A DNA stretch of 64,000 nucleotides from Bacteroidales bacterium (GTDB lineage: Bacteria; Bacteroidota; Bacteroidia; Bacteroidales; JAQXIO01): NCBI GenBank assembly GCA_029007825.1, contig JAQXIO010000019.1, positions 1,259 to 65,258 on the forward strand, given 5' to 3'. The translations under genes and the position numbers were made by a program. The notes below the pieces were generated by a model, which was not told the DNA's origin, did no database searches, and worked only from the letters and a program-made list of their open reading frames with translations. Below are positions 59,173-64,000 of the stretch, one piece after another. Position 1 is the first letter of the stretch; each line of letters begins with the position of its first letter.

Positions 59173-60192
59173 ATGATTAAGAACCATCGCATAGCTGTTG
59201 TTGTCCCTTGCTTTAATGTGGAAAAAACGATAAAAGCAGTGGTCGATGGTATGCCTCCGTGGATAGATAATATTGTATTGGTGAATGATGCTTCCGTAGA
59301 TTGTACGGAAAGCATCATTCGTCGTTTAGAAAGGGATTTTTCCGGACGTGTCAACGCGTTGACGCTTACCTGTAATCAGGGAGTAGGAGGAGCTGTAATG
59401 GCCGGGATGAAAGAGGTGATGGCACAAAACGAATGCGATATTGTTGTGAAAATGGACGGTGACGGACAGATGAATCCTGATTATCTGAAATGTCTTTTGT
59501 TTCCGCTTATAGACAATCAGGCCGATGTAACTAAAGGAAATCGTTTCCGTAATTTTAAAGCTTTACGGAAAATGCCGCTTATTCGTCGTTTGGGCAATAT
59601 GGGTCTGAGTCTTCTTATTAAAGCAGCTTCCGGATACTGGAATTTATTCGATCCTTCCAACGGCTTTTTTGCATTGAAAAAAGAGACACTTCAAAAGCTT
59701 GATTTTGAACGGTTGGACAAACGGTTTTTTTTCGAGAGTTCGCTGATTATTGAACTGTATTATACTGGGGCAGTTATCCGGGATATTCCGATGCCGGCTT
59801 TATATGACGACGAAGAGTCCAATTTATCCGTATTGAAATGCCTGGTTACGTTTCCTTCGAAACTGATCCGTGCATTTATCCGGAGGGTACAGATCCGTTA
59901 TTTTGTGATGGACTTTACAATTGTCTCTCTTTATATCCTTTTGGGCGTTCCTTTATTGCTATTCGGTTTTTTATTCGGATTGATAAACTGGATTTATTAT
60001 GCCTCCATTTCTGTTGCAGCACCCACGGGAACTATTTTGATTGCCACGTTATGTATTGTATTGGGCGTACAACTTATTTTGAGCTTTATACAATATGATA
60101 TGTCGGCTTCTAACCCTTTTGATAATAGCGATGAATGTTATGACTATGAAAAACTCGACCAAGAAAAAGACCAAGATGCCCGAACCTCCTGA
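59173..60192 (+). CDS. GT2 polyprenyl-phosphate glycosyltransferase-like enzyme (GtrB/ArnC/DPM1 type) with two C-terminal TM helices
   Basis: 339 aa. IAVVVPCFNVEKTI, LVNDASVDCT and VKMDGDGQ (DxD), then two hydrophobic helices (FTIVSLYILLGVPLLLFGFLFGLINWIY and ILIATLCIVLGVQLILSFI). Confidence 0.75.
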   Translation: MIKNHRIAVVVPCFNVEKTIKAVVDGMPPWIDNIVLVNDASVDCTESIIRRLERDFSGRVNALTLTCNQGVGGAVMAGMKEVMAQNECDIVVKMDGDGQMNPDYLKCLLFPLIDNQADVTKGNRFRNFKALRKMPLIRRLGNMGLSLLIKAASGYWNLFDPSNGFFALKKETLQKLDFERLDKRFFFESSLIIELYYTGAVIRDIPMPALYDDEESNLSVLKCLVTFPSKLIRAFIRRVQIRYFVMDFTIVSLYILLGVPLLLFGFLFGLINWIYYASISVAAPTGTILIATLCIVLGVQLILSFIQYDMSASNPFDNSDECYDYEKLDQEKDQDARTS

Positions 60193-60727
60193 GAAAGGTT
60201 TCTGGGGAACGTTGAGAATTTTATTCAGCTGGCGGAGTCTGTTGTTAGGAATAATCGGATTATTTCTTTTGAAGATTGCCGTAACTACCGATCGCGGTTA
60301 CGATTTTGTTTATAACAGATTGCTGTTGACCAATTGGAGGTATATCAATAAGAATAAGCAATTTTCGTTGGATGAACGTTTATTTGCAAAATTGGGATTC
60401 AGTTATGCCATCATGGCACAGATAAAGGAGAATACGCCCGATTCGGCGGTGATTCTTTTTCCTAAAAAGGAGTATATATTAGAAAAAGGTTCTCAGGAGA
60501 TCAGACCTGAGGTAGCACATAAAGTATGGGTAACATCGTTTCTTTATCCCCGAAAGATCGTTTATGAAGATGAGCGGGGAAAGAATCCTTTTTTCGATAA
60601 GGCGGATTTTGTCGTAATTATGAACGGAAAGGGATATAACCTGATTGAATATGAATGGCCGGAGAAAGGCGAATATGCACTTTTGCCGGTAAAGGAAGAG
60701 ATGTTACACAGGTTATTAAAAAAATAA
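60146..60727 (+). CDS. Hypothetical membrane-anchored protein (start uncertain)
   Basis: Track ORF 60095..60727 overlaps the GT2 gene. Candidate starts are at 60131, 60140, 60146 and 60176. One N-terminal TM helix (LLLGIIGLFLLKIAV). I recognised no family. Confidence 0.5.
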   Translation: MKNSTKKKTKMPEPPEKGFWGTLRILFSWRSLLLGIIGLFLLKIAVTTDRGYDFVYNRLLLTNWRYINKNKQFSLDERLFAKLGFSYAIMAQIKENTPDSAVILFPKKEYILEKGSQEIRPEVAHKVWVTSFLYPRKIVYEDERGKNPFFDKADFVVIMNGKGYNLIEYEWPEKGEYALLPVKEEMLHRLLKK

Positions 60728-60738
60728 ACAGATACGAA

Positions 60739-62133
60739 ATGGTTGCTATCGGATTAATAATAAGCGTATTGTTGGGTATTTCTATGGTGTTTTTGATTTC
60801 ACGGAAACTGACGTTGATAGAGATAATCGGATTGGCATTTCCCGTTGGGATAGGCGTGCAAAGCGTTCTAATGATTTTGCTGGATTCTTTTTCAGTGCCT
60901 TTAAATGCCTTCAGCATGCTGAGTATTTCGCTGGCTGTAATGCTATTGGTCTGTATTTATTTGTTTTTAAAGAAAAAAACAGAGATGCAGAATTGGTTTT
61001 CAACTGTCACAAAATTTTCTGTCCCGAGAATCAATGCATTATGGTTGCTATTGTTGCTTGCCCTTGTTGCAGCAGAAGTCATGAATTTCGGCAAATGTAT
61101 TTATTTCCCGCCTTTCGACAGAGATAGCCTGACTTCATTTAACACAATAGCCCTGATAGTGGCGAAGGAACAGACTTTCCATAATTTATCGTTATTCAGG
61201 GATCCCGGTTTTGCCGAGTATTTCACAGGGGGAGGATCGACGTTATCTTACACACCCTTTGCACAATGTAGTTATGCATATGTTTATATGCTTGGGGCAG
61301 CTACTTCAAAAATGGTTAATGCGTTGCATTATCTGTCGTTTATAATTGTTTTTTATGGACTTACACGCCGTTTTGTAACCGATACGGCTGCTATGTTCGC
61401 CACTTTTTTTGCATTCGTTACACCTGAATTTATTTCATTCTCTTCTCTTTCCGGGACAAATGTACTTCATAGTTGCTATGCCGTACTTGGTATTTTATAT
61501 CTTGTTTTGTGGAGTAAGGAGAGAGACCGGTCGTATTTGTGGCTTTCCACCGTTTTGCTTTGGTTGAATATATGGACGAGGAATGAGGGGGTTGCTTTTG
61601 TGGGAAGTGCCGTTTTGTTTATGCTGGTCGATGCGGTACGACATAAGAATTACAAATCGTTTATACTTTTCACGGCGTTTACGGTTTCTGCATTTGTCTT
61701 CTGGAACATTTATCTGAAAATTTTCGGAATGAACAGCCAGCAGGTCTTTATCTTTTATCCTTTTTGGGATGGTTTGAAAATAAAGACGATGGCCAATGAA
61801 ATGTGGATGCTCTTTACGAATAAGGTCTATTATGGCTGGACTATTTCTCTTTTTGTGTTGCTTTTGTTATCTAACGTATATTATATATGGAAGCGAAAAG
61901 ACCAGCTTCCTGTGTTGGCATTGACTTTAGGAGCCCTTTTTATCTATACGTTGTTACTGTACCAGATTGATTATGTATGGGATACGATTGAGAATGTAAT
62001 CCGGTTCTCTTATAAAAGGTTTTTATTCAGTTTTATTCCTCTTTTTTGGTTTTATATTGTTGCCAACCATAATTCTTCGGTACTTTTTAACTGGATCGAT
62101 CGTTTCGTTTATAGAGAAAAAATCGGTAAATAG
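60739..62133 (+). CDS. Polytopic membrane protein, GT-C-fold glycosyltransferase-like (ArnT/GT39/GtrC-like)
   Basis: Track ORF 60655..62133; start MVAIGLIISVLL (ATG 60739). It has 10 or more hydrophobic helices and an early loop with an acidic FDRD motif, as in GT-C enzymes. The family call is inferred from topology and context. Confidence 0.55.
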   Translation: MVAIGLIISVLLGISMVFLISRKLTLIEIIGLAFPVGIGVQSVLMILLDSFSVPLNAFSMLSISLAVMLLVCIYLFLKKKTEMQNWFSTVTKFSVPRINALWLLLLLALVAAEVMNFGKCIYFPPFDRDSLTSFNTIALIVAKEQTFHNLSLFRDPGFAEYFTGGGSTLSYTPFAQCSYAYVYMLGAATSKMVNALHYLSFIIVFYGLTRRFVTDTAAMFATFFAFVTPEFISFSSLSGTNVLHSCYAVLGILYLVLWSKERDRSYLWLSTVLLWLNIWTRNEGVAFVGSAVLFMLVDAVRHKNYKSFILFTAFTVSAFVFWNIYLKIFGMNSQQVFIFYPFWDGLKIKTMANEMWMLFTNKVYYGWTISLFVLLLLSNVYYIWKRKDQLPVLALTLGALFIYTLLLYQIDYVWDTIENVIRFSYKRFLFSFIPLFWFYIVANHNSSVLFNWIDRFVYREKIGK

Positions 62134-62144
62134 GGCAAAATTAG

Positions 62145-62152
62145 TACCTTTG
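62145..62152 (+). promoter_or_regulatory. -7 box TACCTTTG upstream of ahcY
   Basis: TAnnTTTG match 24 nt upstream of ATG 62176. Confidence 0.5.
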
Positions 62153-62175
62153 TATGATTAATATTAAAAATAAAA

Positions 62176-63591
62176 ATGGATAATTTGTTTTCAACGCTGC
62201 CGTATAAGGTAGCCGATATGAATTTAGCTGATTTCGGACGTAAAGAGATAGAACTGGCGGAGCAGGAAATGCCTGGCTTGATTGCGCTTCGGGAAAAATA
62301 CGAGGGAAAGCAACCGTTGAAGGGGGCCCGTATTATGGGATCGCTTCATATGACCATACAAACGGCAGTATTGATCGAAACATTGGTAAAGCTGGGCGCG
62401 GAGGTCCGTTGGTGCAGTTGTAATATATATTCAACCCAAGATCATGCCGCTGCTGCGATAGCTGCCGCAGGTGTGCCTGTTTTTGCATGGAAAGGCGAAA
62501 GCTTGGCCGATTATTGGTGGTGTACGCTTCAGGCATTGACTTTTGAGGGGGGCAAAGGCCCTAATGTAATTGTTGACGACGGCGGTGATGCAACGCTTAT
62601 GATTCATTTGGGTGCCGACGCTGAAACGGATCCGAAAGTATTGGACACAATGCCTTCGGGTGAAGATGAAAAAGAACTTCAGAATATTCTCCGGAAAACG
62701 ATACAGGCCGATAAGACTTTTTTCACCCGTATGATTCCTGAAATCAGAGGTGTTTCCGAAGAGACTACGACAGGAGTTCATCGTCTTTATCAGATGATGC
62801 AGGACGGGAAGTTGAAATTTCCTGCTTTTAATGTGAACGATTCGGTTACGAAATCGAAATTTGATAATCTTTACGGATGTCGGGAATCTCTGGCTGACGG
62901 TATAAAGCGTGCTACGGATATAATGATTGCCGGAAAGGTGGTCGTGATATGCGGATATGGCGATGTGGGAAAGGGGTGTGCGCACTCTATGCGTTCTTAC
63001 GGAGCCCGTGTTCTTGTAACGGAAGTAGATCCTATTTGCGCTTTGCAGGCTGCAATGGAAGGTTTTGAGGTGGTTACGGTGGAAGACGCTCTTCCCGAAG
63101 GAAATATTTATGTGACGACTACCGGTAACCGCGATGTTATAACGCTGGAGCATCTGAAAAAGATGAAAGATAATGCTATCGTATGTAATATCGGACACTT
63201 CGATAACGAAATTCAGGTAGAGAAGATGAAGAATTATCCGGGGATTCGTTGCCGCAATATAAAGCCGCAGGTAGATCAGTACTTTTTCCCCGAAGGGCAT
63301 TCGGTTATCCTGCTTGCCGACGGTCGTCTTGTAAATCTCGGTTGTGCTACGGGGCACCCTTCTTTTGTGATGAGCAATTCGTTTACGAATCAGACACTGG
63401 CGCAAATAGAGTTGTTCAATAAACCGTATGATATAGGAGTTTATACATTGCCGAAGCATTTAGATGAAGAGGTAGCCCGTCTGCATCTTGCGAAATTGGG
63501 TGTGAAACTGACTCGTTTGACCGAAGAACAGGCGGCGTATATAGGCGTTCCGGTCAATGGTCCGTTTAAATCAGATATTTACAGATATTAA
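62176..63591 (+). CDS. ahcY: Adenosylhomocysteinase
   Basis: 471 aa. [26 protein letters not shown], the [11 protein letters not shown]-binding motif and [10 protein letters not shown]. Confidence 0.95.
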   Translation: MDNLFSTLPYKVADMNLADFGRKEIELAEQEMPGLIALREKYEGKQPLKGARIMGSLHMTIQTAVLIETLVKLGAEVRWCSCNIYSTQDHAAAAIAAAGVPVFAWKGESLADYWWCTLQALTFEGGKGPNVIVDDGGDATLMIHLGADAETDPKVLDTMPSGEDEKELQNILRKTIQADKTFFTRMIPEIRGVSEETTTGVHRLYQMMQDGKLKFPAFNVNDSVTKSKFDNLYGCRESLADGIKRATDIMIAGKVVVICGYGDVGKGCAHSMRSYGARVLVTEVDPICALQAAMEGFEVVTVEDALPEGNIYVTTTGNRDVITLEHLKKMKDNAIVCNIGHFDNEIQVEKMKNYPGIRCRNIKPQVDQYFFPEGHSVILLADGRLVNLGCATGHPSFVMSNSFTNQTLAQIELFNKPYDIGVYTLPKHLDEEVARLHLAKLGVKLTRLTEEQAAYIGVPVNGPFKSDIYRY

Positions 63592-63641
63592 TTTTTTAAG
63601 AGGGGCAGGAGCGTTCTGCCTCTGATAATCCCGTTACCGAT

Positions 63642-64000
63642 ATGAAACAAAAAGATTTCTTTAAGCTTGCATTGCCGTATATTGCAGCGATTGTATTTTT
63701 TGCAGTCTTATCGATTGGTTATTTTACTCCTGATATTTTTGAGGGCAAAGAGTTGCTGCAAGGGGATATAAGGCAAGGTTTAGGTATCGGGAAAGAGTTG
63801 ACGGATTACAAAGATCAAAACGATGGGGAGTTGACCCGTTGGACGAATTCCCTTTTCGGGGGCATGCCTACTTATCAGATAGCACCGTCATATCCCTCGT
63901 CCGATGTACTTACTTTTCTGACAAAAATTATTTCTTTAGGACTTCCTTATCCTGCTTCGTTGCTTTTTGTGATGTTGTTGGGATTTTTCCTGCTTATGAA
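63642..64000 (+). CDS. YfhO-like polytopic membrane protein, N-terminal part only (runs off the right edge)
   Basis: ATG 63642: MKQKDFFKLALPYIAAIVFFAVLSIGYFTPDIFEGKELLQGDIRQGLGIGKEL...WTNSLFGGMPTYQI. This resembles the N-termini of Bacteroidota YfhO-family proteins, from memory. Not in the track because there is no stop. Confidence 0.5.
   Translation, partial: MKQKDFFKLALPYIAAIVFFAVLSIGYFTPDIFEGKELLQGDIRQGLGIGKELTDYKDQNDGELTRWTNSLFGGMPTYQIAPSYPSSDVLTFLTKIISLGLPYPASLLFVMLLGFFLLM

Noticed and set aside
62431-63459. 342-aa minus-strand ORF, with many similar 60-180-aa ORFs elsewhere in the track (for example 30143..30583, 31091..31642, 31773..32210, 36966..37388, 37316..37726, 18372..18761).
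   Set aside because: Each lies antisense to, or out of frame within, a confidently identified conserved gene (ahcY, aroQ/pyk, gldN, pnp). The translations are low-complexity or Arg/Ser/Cys-rich shadow sequence with no recognisable motif.
1-64000. Search for CRISPR arrays, rRNA genes, IS elements/transposases and prophage genes.
   Set aside because: I saw no regularly spaced direct repeats, no rRNA-like conserved stretches, no DDE or serine-recombinase-like ORFs, and no phage structural genes on either strand.

Overview
This 64-kb window is a chromosomal segment of a Bacteroidota, Bacteroidales-like genome. The assignment rests on a porP-gldK-gldL-gldM-gldN type IX secretion operon, many TAnnTTTG (-7) promoter boxes, and typical Bacteroidales synteny (folE-SPOR-tpiA-DoxX-DUF1599; xerD/aroQ-pyk-OMT-rbfA-lolE-like). 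About 90% of the window is ordinary housekeeping DNA. That includes recG, xseAB, ispD, greA, pnp, pckA, uvrA, pyk, typA, rpsO and ahcY, plus envelope glycosylation genes at both ends. I found no rRNA, CRISPR array, transposase or phage integrase; the only recombinase is housekeeping xerD. The one clearly accessory locus is an AT-rich islet at about 49.35-53.03 kb, wedged between a ferritin-like gene and tRNA-Leu(CAA). Hand-counted 60-nt samples give about 28-30% GC there versus about 45-47% in the flanks. The islet holds stop-riddled gene debris, including a NACHT-type Walker-B relic, and one intact orphan gene of 840 aa (50214..52736). That gene fuses an HsdR_N/Mrr-type PD-(D/E)xK nuclease motif set to a P-loop NTPase and a long C-terminal region that looks like a winged helix. 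I consider it the best candidate for a previously undescribed single-gene, Avs/STAND-like anti-phage or conflict system. Secondary observations are as follows:
- a ~95-nt intergenic repeat in two direct copies that bracket the accessory segment
- an orphan promoter plus terminator pair that could encode a small RNA
- an alkyltransferase-like (ATL) protein with PAHRV in place of PCHRV
- a thioredoxin-fold lipoprotein that has lost its CxxC
- a Gly-rich insertion in GldL
- a GtrB/ArnC-like plus GT-C glycosylation module
All functional calls come from reading the translations and motifs by eye; no database search was run.
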